Assembly (NCBI GenBank): GCA_048882505.1
Contig: JBHLRO010000001.1
Coordinates: 480,001 to 512,000, forward strand
DNA length: 32,000 nucleotides
Reading direction: 5' to 3'
Origin: Candidatus Thorarchaeota archaeon
GTDB lineage: Archaea > Asgardarchaeota > Heimdallarchaeia > Hodarchaeales > Hodarchaeaceae
In this document: positions 9,024-16,912 of the stretch, piece by piece
Position numbering within the stretch: the first letter of the stretch is position 1
Layout: each line of letters begins with the position of its first letter
Translations under genes and position numbers: made by a program
The notes under the pieces: model-generated
Databases searched by the model: none
What the model was told of the DNA's origin: nothing
Seen by the model: the letters and a program-made list of their open reading frames with translations, nothing else

Positions 9024-10331
9024 TTGACCCTTGATAAATATTTAGGAATCGAGCCATCCTTTGGTTTTATCGAAAAAGAATCATATTCCCGATATCGAAC
9101 CATATGGCGAGACCTCTTATCTGGGCGACTAATCGACACTTTTGACTTAGAATTCAAGAAAAGATTTGCAACTGAACGTTACTCTCAAGAATTCTATAAT
9201 TCAAAATACAGAAGAACCCTTCCAAACGCTCTTAGGCATTTGGAGAGTGTGGGGTGGCGAAATGATCCCTATGATAAGCAACATTGGGGGAACTGGTTGC
9301 ACTCCCTATCGCCATATCAAGGTAGAATAACGCCGTCGTTTGCCCATTGGTTGATCAAAATCTTCTCCAAACCTAACGATACAGTATTGGATCCTTTCAT
9401 GGGAGTTGGAACAATTCCCCTTGAGGCAGATTTTCTTAAAAGGAAGGCCATTGGAGTAGACCTGAATAGGTATGCCTGGGTAGTAGCACAAGGTAAATTC
9501 GAACGAAAATCCCTCCATTATTATCTGGATTATTTAGCGGATTTAAGGCATCTCAACACATCTGATATAGATCTTGGAGAAATACCAGATTGGATTCGGG
9601 CCTATTATGATCCCGAAACATTAAAAGAGATCGTAAAATTAAATGCTCTTCTCCAAACCGATGAAGAATGGTTTCTTCTAGGTTGTTTGATGGGCATACT
9701 ACACGGGAACAGACCAGGGTATCTGTCGGTCTATACGGGCTGTATTATTCCAATGACTCCGAGACCAATTACGCATCCAAAATATCGTCCCGAGAAAGAT
9801 AAACCCGAATATCGTGCAGTGATTCCTCGGATGGCTGCAAAGGTAATGAGGATGTTTTCGACTGGAATTCCGTCTCATATGCAAGCTAGAATTTACCTTG
9901 GGGATGCTCGGGCGCTTCCTCTCGAAACTGACTCTGTCGACGTTGTTGTCTCTAGTCCTCCCTACTATAATACCCTTGATTATGTTGGCCAGAACCGAGT
10001 TAGATTATATTTTCTTGGATTTGATAGAAACGCTCAACTTGAGTTGAAAAAATCTCATATCCAGGATACCAAGACCTATCTGGCAGAAATGGCCAAAGTC
10101 GGCAAAGAACTACAACGAGTGTTAATTCCCAAGGCCTTGCTTGTTTATGTCTTAGGGGACGTACATCGTACAAAATCCTCTATTAATACTGCAATGAAGG
10201 TCTCGGAGGCGTATAAAAACCTTGGATTCAAACAGCTCTCTATCGTAGATGATGAAATCCCGCTAAACAAGGTCGCTAGCAGATCTAGAAGGAAGAAATT
10301 CGATCGGGTTTTAGTTCTCAAGAATCCATAA
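9024..10331 (+). CDS. Amino-DNA methyltransferase, probably N4-cytosine (motif I before motif IV)
   Basis: LHSLSPYQGRITP, motif I DTVLDPFMGVGT, GVDLN, GDARALP and motif IV DVVVSSPPYY. SPPY is typical of m4C enzymes. Confidence 0.85.
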   Translation: MTLDKYLGIEPSFGFIEKESYSRYRTIWRDLLSGRLIDTFDLEFKKRFATERYSQEFYNSKYRRTLPNALRHLESVGWRNDPYDKQHWGNWLHSLSPYQGRITPSFAHWLIKIFSKPNDTVLDPFMGVGTIPLEADFLKRKAIGVDLNRYAWVVAQGKFERKSLHYYLDYLADLRHLNTSDIDLGEIPDWIRAYYDPETLKEIVKLNALLQTDEEWFLLGCLMGILHGNRPGYLSVYTGCIIPMTPRPITHPKYRPEKDKPEYRAVIPRMAAKVMRMFSTGIPSHMQARIYLGDARALPLETDSVDVVVSSPPYYNTLDYVGQNRVRLYFLGFDRNAQLELKKSHIQDTKTYLAEMAKVGKELQRVLIPKALLVYVLGDVHRTKSSINTAMKVSEAYKNLGFKQLSIVDDEIPLNKVASRSRRKKFDRVLVLKNP

Positions 10332-10384
10332 GATCCAGAAATTAGTTGCTCTCTCTATTTTGGTTCAAGGAAATTTGTCGTTAT

Positions 10385-10397
10385 AAAAACTTTAAAA
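10385..10397 (+). promoter_or_regulatory. Putative BRE/TATA promoter
   Basis: aaaaac-tttaaaa lies about 28-34 nt upstream of ATG 10425, consistent with a short or absent leader. Confidence 0.45.
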
Positions 10398-10424
10398 TCG
10401 TTACCATCATGCTAATCTTTAATT

Positions 10425-10877
10425 ATGACAGAAAAAGATACAGATAGGCTATTAATGGAGATAAACACGGAATTAGCTGCCAAGATTGATGTTCTAATTG
10501 AGAAAGAATATTACCCGAATCGAACTGAGTTCATCGAAAAAGCAATCGAAGCTCAATTAAATCTTCATGCAGAGACTTTTCAAGAACTTGAGAGACAACA
10601 TAGCTTTGTTATAGGTTTCGTCAATTATTCACGAGCTGATCTAGAAAAAGTAGCTGGATTAGGAAAAAAAATTGATTTGAAGATCATTGGGAGGCTTTCC
10701 TTTTCCAATGATGTGACTCCCGAACTGATCGAGCGGACTATTTCAGAGATTCATATGGCTGGGATTTTAAAAGCACCTAAAACGCTTTTACCTCAGCTTA
10801 ATGCAATAAGATACTCAATTTTAGGAAATAAATTCGATTCTGGGAAAGAGATTGAATTCCACAACCATGAAGATTAA
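10425..10877 (+). CDS. CopG/ribbon-helix-helix DNA-binding protein with an additional C-terminal domain
   Basis: The N-terminal LLMEINTELAAKIDVLIEKEYYPNRTEFIEKAIEAQL fits the RHH pattern (strand, helix, YxNRxEF helix). Confidence 0.75.
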   Translation: MTEKDTDRLLMEINTELAAKIDVLIEKEYYPNRTEFIEKAIEAQLNLHAETFQELERQHSFVIGFVNYSRADLEKVAGLGKKIDLKIIGRLSFSNDVTPELIERTISEIHMAGILKAPKTLLPQLNAIRYSILGNKFDSGKEIEFHNHED

Positions 10878-11250
10878 GTAGAGAGTAAGAGTATTTTCTC
10901 GAGAAAGGCCGAATGGGTTCTAAATCGACGGATATTTGGAACAATGTTTTCAGCACAAGGCGTGGACTCGAAGTTCAATCCCCGGAAACAAGTCATCACC
11001 GACTAATAAGACGATCACTGGGTAGATGAAAAACGGAATTTCAACTGAACCGTGAATATTGAACGGACTGAAAAGGCTGAGATAAGGTCCATTCCGATTG
11101 TTTAATTCCATTGTGCAAAAGCCACGAAATAGGCTGATTTAAAAGGTACCCTTTAAAAAATGGTCTTTTCAACTTATTTACAAATTGAAACATGGAAGAC
11201 TGAGAAGCCAGTCTTCGTGAAAACAGTTTTTCAATTGGTAGGTGTTAATA

Positions 11251-11526
11251 ATGTCACTCTTAGAATTTTTAACCGATCCGGTAGAAGAATTTCCCGTGAG
11301 CAAGAACATCAAAGTTATAGGGGGAAAGCGATTAGCTAAGACATCCACTTGGCTTAAAGCGGTATGTCTGGTTGAAACAGGAGGCAAACACCAAATCAGA
11401 CTGTATGGATGGCAAAAAAATAAAGAAGGCGAGTATAAGGTGAGACAAAAGTTCAATATATCCAAGGGGTATGCCAATAAATTAAGCAATATCTTTAAGG
11501 CCTTTAGCGAGTTTGAATCTGAGTGA
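11251..11526 (+). CDS. Small basic hypothetical protein (possible PC4-like nucleic-acid-binding fold)
   Basis: The RBS-like aggtg lies 7 nt before ATG 11251 (the track starts at 11242). The beta-rich core AVCLVETGGKHQIRLYGWQKNKEGEYKVRQKFNIS is followed by a C-terminal helix. Confidence 0.7.
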   Translation: MSLLEFLTDPVEEFPVSKNIKVIGGKRLAKTSTWLKAVCLVETGGKHQIRLYGWQKNKEGEYKVRQKFNISKGYANKLSNIFKAFSEFESE

Positions 11527-11708
11527 AAAATCGCTCCAGCTACTCAGAATTAACCCCATGATGGTTAAACTATTGTAAATGTCTGGTTTTGAATAAATTG
11601 AAATCTTGATGCTGTTGTACTGTACAAAAGTTGAATTGAAGTGAAAAAGTATTCTTCTTCTCTTCAAACGCTAGTTTTTTATTTGCGAGTGTTCATTACC
11701 AGGGCATC

Positions 11709-12746
11709 ATGGCTATCAAGACTCCAATCACAAAAATGTTAGGTGTTCGACACCCGATCCTTGCGGCCCCCATGGGTCCCTTCTATACGACAGCACTAAC
11801 GATTGGTGTATCGGAGGCGGGAGGACTGGGAGTACTCTCTCACACAGGTCTGATAGACAGGAACCCTGTTGAGGAAATGAAAGAAAACATGCTTTCAGTG
11901 GTCGAACACACTGATAAGCCTTTTGGCTTCAACATTCGAACTAGTAGGATGGAACCTGCATCCGATTTATTATGTCGTGAAATACCAGAATTCATTATGG
12001 AACATGAGAAAATCAGGGATCAATGCGTATATGCTTTAACAAGCGCTGGATCGGCCAAGTCTTTACCGGCCTCAAAGTCATTTCAAGATCTGAAAAACAG
12101 TGGTTCTCCGATAAAGCATTTTCACGTGGCGCCTGCTCTTTGGCTGGCCGACAAATGTGTCCAGGCTGGTGTAGATGGTATCGTGGTGACAGGAAACGAA
12201 GGGGGTGGTCATCAATCCTATGAAAAAGTAAGTACGTTGGTTCTACTTCAACAAATACAGGAAAAATACCCGGAACTTCCCAAAATCGCGTGTGGTGGTT
12301 TTGCCACTGGCTATGGTCTTGCTGTTGCCCTAGCCAGTGGTGCAGGCGCTATCGCAATGGGATCAAGGTTTATCGCCTCAAAGGAATCCGAATTTCATCA
12401 GAACTATAAGGAGGTCATCCCTCCTGCTCGTTCTCAGGATACTACGATGGTAACAGGATTTCTGGGGCCCATACGTCTTTGGAAAAACAAGTATACCGAT
12501 CATATATCCCTCGTTAGAAATAAAGAAGAGAAGATGGCCAAAGAAAGAATGCTGACACAAGATGACATAATAGAAACGGCACGTGCTTATGAGTTAGCTT
12601 ATGAGGGTAATGTAAAAGATGGTGCGGTCCTACTAGGACAATCTATCGGATTGATTAACCAAATAGAATCAGTTTCAGACATTATAGAGCGAATTGTGGA
12701 CGAAGCGTCCGTGGCTTTAAGTAACAGCTATCGTTATATCCACTAG
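11709..12746 (+). CDS. Nitronate monooxygenase / FabK-like enoyl-ACP reductase family flavoprotein
   Basis: KTPITKMLGVRHPILAAPMG, GGLGVL, KPFGFNI, GNEGGGH, ACGGFATGYGLAVALASGAGAIAMGSRFIASKES. Confidence 0.9.
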   Translation: MAIKTPITKMLGVRHPILAAPMGPFYTTALTIGVSEAGGLGVLSHTGLIDRNPVEEMKENMLSVVEHTDKPFGFNIRTSRMEPASDLLCREIPEFIMEHEKIRDQCVYALTSAGSAKSLPASKSFQDLKNSGSPIKHFHVAPALWLADKCVQAGVDGIVVTGNEGGGHQSYEKVSTLVLLQQIQEKYPELPKIACGGFATGYGLAVALASGAGAIAMGSRFIASKESEFHQNYKEVIPPARSQDTTMVTGFLGPIRLWKNKYTDHISLVRNKEEKMAKERMLTQDDIIETARAYELAYEGNVKDGAVLLGQSIGLINQIESVSDIIERIVDEASVALSNSYRYIH

Positions 12747-12836
12747 AACAGAGTTGGTTTTTCTGGTTTAATGAGGGGAAACGTTTTAATCCGTAACAAT
12801 GATTGATAACGAGTTGGTTATTAGGAAGATCGTATC

Positions 12837-13412
12837 ATGGGAACGCTTAAACGTTGCGAATGGACGGGAAATGACCCATTAATGATTGAGTATCACGATA
12901 AAGAGTGGGGAGTTCCTGTACACGATGATAAGGTATTATACGAGTTCCTAGTATTGGAGGGAGCGCAGGCTGGATTAAGTTGGTCCACAATACTCAAGCG
13001 CCGTGAAGGATATTGGCGCGCCTTCGAAGAATTTGATGTCCAAAGGGTGGCTCAATTTGATGAAAAAGACATCGAACGGCTTCAACAAGATTCAGGCATT
13101 ATCCGAAATAAACTAAAGATAAAAAGCGCCATTATCAATGCCCAACGGTTTATCGATGTTCAAGAAGAATTCGGTTCCTTTGACCAATACCAGTGGGGAT
13201 TCGTAGATCACCAACCAATACAAAACTCCTTTAAAACCCTTTCAGAAATTCCCGCAACAACGGGACTGGCAGAACGCTTTAGTAAGGATTTAAAGAAACG
13301 AGGATTTTCCTTTGTCGGCCCAACGATTTGTTATGCACACTTGCAAGCCACTGGGGTGGTGAACGATCATCTGATCCATTGTTTCCGGTATCCAGAGGTT
13401 ATGAAGATATAG
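12837..13412 (+). CDS. tag: DNA-3-methyladenine glycosylase I
   Basis: RCEW, YHDKEWGVP, LEGAQAGLSWSTILKRR, GIIRNKLKI, LKKRGFSFVGPTICYAHLQATGVVNDHLIHC. Confidence 0.97.
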   Translation: MGTLKRCEWTGNDPLMIEYHDKEWGVPVHDDKVLYEFLVLEGAQAGLSWSTILKRREGYWRAFEEFDVQRVAQFDEKDIERLQQDSGIIRNKLKIKSAIINAQRFIDVQEEFGSFDQYQWGFVDHQPIQNSFKTLSEIPATTGLAERFSKDLKKRGFSFVGPTICYAHLQATGVVNDHLIHCFRYPEVMKI

Positions 13413-13425
13413 ATATGGCAGAATA

Positions 13426-14025
13426 TCATCTGATTGTACGTGAGCCAAAATAGTACCCTATGGCGAGTTCTAAGATCTGGTTGAACATAACAATTCGCCC
13501 CGAGTCCATTGGAATGATCACGGATACAATGTTTATTCCACATACACCCATTACCACTAGTAGAATTACAGCTGCTTGAAAATGCTCAAGAATTTCCTTT
13601 ACTTGGCCTTTTTGACCAGTTTTGGGAGGAAAGACTTTAATTACTATTTTTTTGATGATTATGCCTAGTATGAATCCAAAAATCGTCAAAATTACAGTGA
13701 TCATGAAGATAGGGATTTCTTGTTGTTTAAAGAACGTGATAACAACACTTAGGATCACTATGATGGCCAAAGATACACGTACGGTTCGAGTTGGGAGATA
13801 AAGAGGTGGAGGAGACTCTAAGTCAGGTAAATCAGCCTTTTCCGTGAAGAGGGGAGTGCTAGCTCGAGTGCTATAGTAAAATGCCACTGAAACAATCAAG
13901 ACATTCCCTAACGCTCGAGGTATCTGTTCCTTGGTCACCAATACCATAAATAATGTTGTAAGCGCAACGCTTATAGTAAGAAGAGCTCGAATACTCCCTT
14001 TGGGGAGCCATAAAGGATTTGCCAT
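13426..14025 (-). CDS. Polytopic membrane protein with an internal duplication, function unknown
   Basis: About 6 hydrophobic segments. The units PLWLPKGSIRALLTI and PLYLPTRTVRVSLAI are repeated, as are the ends FYYSTR and YYFGSR. Confidence 0.8.
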   Translation of the reverse strand: MANPLWLPKGSIRALLTISVALTTLFMVLVTKEQIPRALGNVLIVSVAFYYSTRASTPLFTEKADLPDLESPPPLYLPTRTVRVSLAIIVILSVVITFFKQQEIPIFMITVILTIFGFILGIIIKKIVIKVFPPKTGQKGQVKEILEHFQAAVILLVVMGVCGINIVSVIIPMDSGRIVMFNQILELAIGYYFGSRTIR

Positions 14026-14271
14026 CAGCCCAGCCTATTATCCTCATGCCTTGATATATTACTACCCTATCATTTTGTATTCTGCTGATGGCATCAATAT
14101 GGGGTATAATCGCCCCCGTTGAAATGTGAAATCGAAAGGCGTTACATGAACAATTTCAGGCTAATATCATCTTCAAGCAGACCCTCCAATGCACTATACT
14201 TGAGATCACTACCTAAGCTTAAGCAATAATCCCATGTGATGTTGTTAAAACGTTTAGAAGGTCTATCTAGG

Positions 14272-14673
14272 TTAAACTTTCTTTTTCAAATCCGCAAACA
14301 ACTCATGGATATTACCATCGGGGTCTGCAAAAAAAGCTGTTCGCTGATTCCATGGCATATTCTCAGGTTTCTTTATAGGAACCGCTCCCTTCTTAATAAT
14401 ATCATCATAAACTATGTCAACCTCTTCTGGGGACTCTAAAACAAAAGCTAATTCAAAGGATTGACCATGACGCCCCTCAGAGTAACTTTGGTGCTTTGTG
14501 GCTTCTTTCATTACTGATCTGGTTGTCAATGCAAATCTCACAGTTTCAGAAAGAAACTCGACATACTGTTCCAATTGTAATTGGATTTGAAATCCTAACA
14601 CGTTTTTATAAAATTCTGTAACTCCCTCTAGATCATCAGTAATCACCGATATAAGGTCTATTTTAGGTTTCAA
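14272..14673 (-). CDS. VOC (glyoxalase/bleomycin-resistance) family protein
   Basis: IDLISVITDDLEGVTEFYKNVLGF, FELAFVL, PENMPWNQRTAFFADPDGNIHEL. Confidence 0.92.
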   Translation of the reverse strand: MKPKIDLISVITDDLEGVTEFYKNVLGFQIQLQLEQYVEFLSETVRFALTTRSVMKEATKHQSYSEGRHGQSFELAFVLESPEEVDIVYDDIIKKGAVPIKKPENMPWNQRTAFFADPDGNIHELFADLKKKV

Positions 14674-15452
14674 TAATTTTTCACCTTAATTCCGTGGATT
14701 CCTAGAACCAATATTAGTATCCCTACCCATTAAAAGAAGCTCTTGGAAATCGGATGAAGTCTTGTTGAATAAAAGGGATCAGAGAAAAAAAAGTTCAAAA
14801 CTGTCGAGCTGGTTTGGTTAGTAAAATAAATATCAGAAAAAGGATCAGGATTCTTATTTTGGATAAATATATTCTGGAAAATTGATCGTAAGTAAAGCAT
14901 TTTCGGGAAAACTCAGGTTTTTAAATTTATAATTTTCGACTGAAAAGGTGGGACTATCTACTTTTACATATGAAATTATAGAGCTAAAACGAGTTTTCAA
15001 TATCATCCGCCCTCAGAAATCTCGTGAAATTGAATTCGCATCAATTAGTGATCGGGAGTATATTCCATCATTAAAAAAAGTGATATCTATACTAAACTGA
15101 CATTTAAGAATAATCTAGGAATTAATAAAAGCATTCTTTAGCTCTACTGAAAGCCATTAGGCCATGCCACAAATCAAAGGGTAACCAATGAATCGCTTAA
15201 TCAACAAAACAGTAAAGAATTAAGAGGATTATACGAAAATCGAGGCTTTTATTATAAAAAGTTTTTTAACTAATTTTACTTCATCGCCGGGGGACGAGAA
15301 CTGACATCATATCACTACCTTTCAATCGTTAGCAAGATTAGACAGTGGGGAAAAATCAGAACTCGTTGCAAATGAGCGTATTCATTGAGAAGTGAGATGG
15401 AATAAGTCTTACTTCAAAAGTGAAAAGCTAGAGGTAAATAGGAGATGAGATT

Positions 15453-15986
15453 GTGAGTACATCACAAATTTTGAATAAAAGAAAAAAACTCTTTGCGGCA
15501 TTGGTGTTCATTGTTTTTTTGTTTTCAATCGCACCAAAAGTAGCAAACGGCGATACTACTGTCACAGTGAAAAAGTTACAGATAAAAATCACCACTGTAT
15601 CACACTCAGGTGGGACATTCGGATCTTATGCATTTGATATTCAAATGAAAGTTTTCTGGAAACGTGTCTATAATAGCTATTGGGGTTACTGGGCGTCAGA
15701 TGGAACTTATGAAGATAACCAATTGGGAGCTACCTATAATACAGGCTTTTCATCTTCTCCATCAGGAACTGACACTTGGAATGTTTATTCCGACATGTGT
15801 TATTCAAAACAAAACTTAAAGGTCGAATTCAGAGTTCGGGGATGGGGCTGGTGGCTTGGTGCATATATTTATGAAACGAGCCACCTCATGGGAACTAGGT
15901 ATTACTATAATTATGATGGTGCCGAGGAAATACCTTATTCATATGGTTCCTTTTCTGTAACGGTCCACTTTCAAGTACTTACATAA
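15453..15986 (+). CDS. Secreted Trp/Tyr/Gly-rich beta-type protein, function unknown
   Basis: RBS-like ggag upstream. Signal peptide KRKKLFAALVFIVFLFSIAPKVANG, no C-terminal anchor, and aromatic clusters YNSYWGYW, GWGWWLGAY and YYYNY. Confidence 0.75.
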   Translation: MSTSQILNKRKKLFAALVFIVFLFSIAPKVANGDTTVTVKKLQIKITTVSHSGGTFGSYAFDIQMKVFWKRVYNSYWGYWASDGTYEDNQLGATYNTGFSSSPSGTDTWNVYSDMCYSKQNLKVEFRVRGWGWWLGAYIYETSHLMGTRYYYNYDGAEEIPYSYGSFSVTVHFQVLT

Positions 15987-16116
15987 ACAAGCAAAACAAG
16001 ACCAAAAATCTAATAGAAGTTGATTTAGTATAGAAAGTATGATGATTTCATTAGAAATAATGATAATTCTTCATACTTTCCTTTATATTTTTTGCTAATT
16101 TAAAAGAAGATGCCAA

Positions 16117-16905
16117 ATGCCTGAAAGAGGAATTATAATGAAAAATATAATAAATCCATCATTCTCATATGCCCTTTTCCTATTAATTGTTCTTAATCCC
16201 TTTATGATTAACTATGAAAACATTAGTGGTAATACACCAGTGTTATACTATGGGAGAACGGTAGAAGAGGGAGTAAACATTCCCCTGAATCTTAATGCCT
16301 TTAATGGATCCCAATCTGTGCTTGATGAGCTCAATCAATCAGACTCAGTCAATGTTACATGGATGACACTGAACGTTTCCTTTTCTCTAAATATGAGTAT
16401 TTGGAATCACGTTGAAATAGTTCATATTAATGCATCGGGATATTTTGGAAGGATCACCGCCTATGATAGTGAATTTAGAAATGTTTGGTATCTTTCAGAA
16501 ATTATAAACGTAACTAACGTCATTGTGTGGAAAGATAATGATCATTCAGGAGAATATTACTATCGAGAAGCCCTAAAATCGAATTCATTACCTAATATCT
16601 CTGGTTCATATGATCAAGAGAAGAATGAATTTGTTATATCAGAGTTTGATGAAAGTGAAAATATTTCTACACGTTTAATTGTTGATACACTAAGAGGTGT
16701 AACTAAAAAAATTGTCCTCTATGAATCTTCTGCATCGTACAAAGGTACCTTTAACTGTGATCGCATAGAAATATCTGTAGGTCTGTATGTGCCGCAAAAC
16801 GATGATGAGAACTTCTTACAGATCATATTTGTTTCGGGTTTTCTTATCGTGATATCGTTTGTTGGATTTCTTTATAAATATCGAAGGATGAGTCAGAACC
16901 AATAG
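16117..16905 (+). CDS. Exported, C-terminally membrane-anchored (probably N-glycosylated) protein
   Basis: N-terminal hydrophobic segment FSYALFLLIVLNPFMI (start may be ATG 16138). Many N-x-S/T sequons (NIS, NGS, NQS, NVT, NVS, NMS, NAS). C-terminal TM FLQIIFVSGFLIVISFVGFLY followed by KYRR. Confidence 0.78.
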   Translation: MPERGIIMKNIINPSFSYALFLLIVLNPFMINYENISGNTPVLYYGRTVEEGVNIPLNLNAFNGSQSVLDELNQSDSVNVTWMTLNVSFSLNMSIWNHVEIVHINASGYFGRITAYDSEFRNVWYLSEIINVTNVIVWKDNDHSGEYYYREALKSNSLPNISGSYDQEKNEFVISEFDESENISTRLIVDTLRGVTKKIVLYESSASYKGTFNCDRIEISVGLYVPQNDDENFLQIIFVSGFLIVISFVGFLYKYRRMSQNQ

Positions 16906-16912
16906 TAGACGA

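Noticed and set aside
7664-9884. ORFs 7664-7927, 8287-8475, 8778-9005, 9306-9518 and 9699-9884
   Set aside because: They are antisense to or overlap the two methyltransferases, and no recognisable product is encoded.
10878-11240. Intergenic stretch with a 53-aa minus-strand ORF (MELNNRNGPY...) starting at 11111
   Set aside because: No RBS or recognisable motif was found, and no convincing RNA structure was seen by eye.
14700-15450. Long AT-rich gap examined for tRNA, CRISPR repeats, IS ends or an attachment site
   Set aside because: I could see no T-loop consensus, regularly spaced repeats or terminal inverted repeats; it is treated as regulatory or non-coding.
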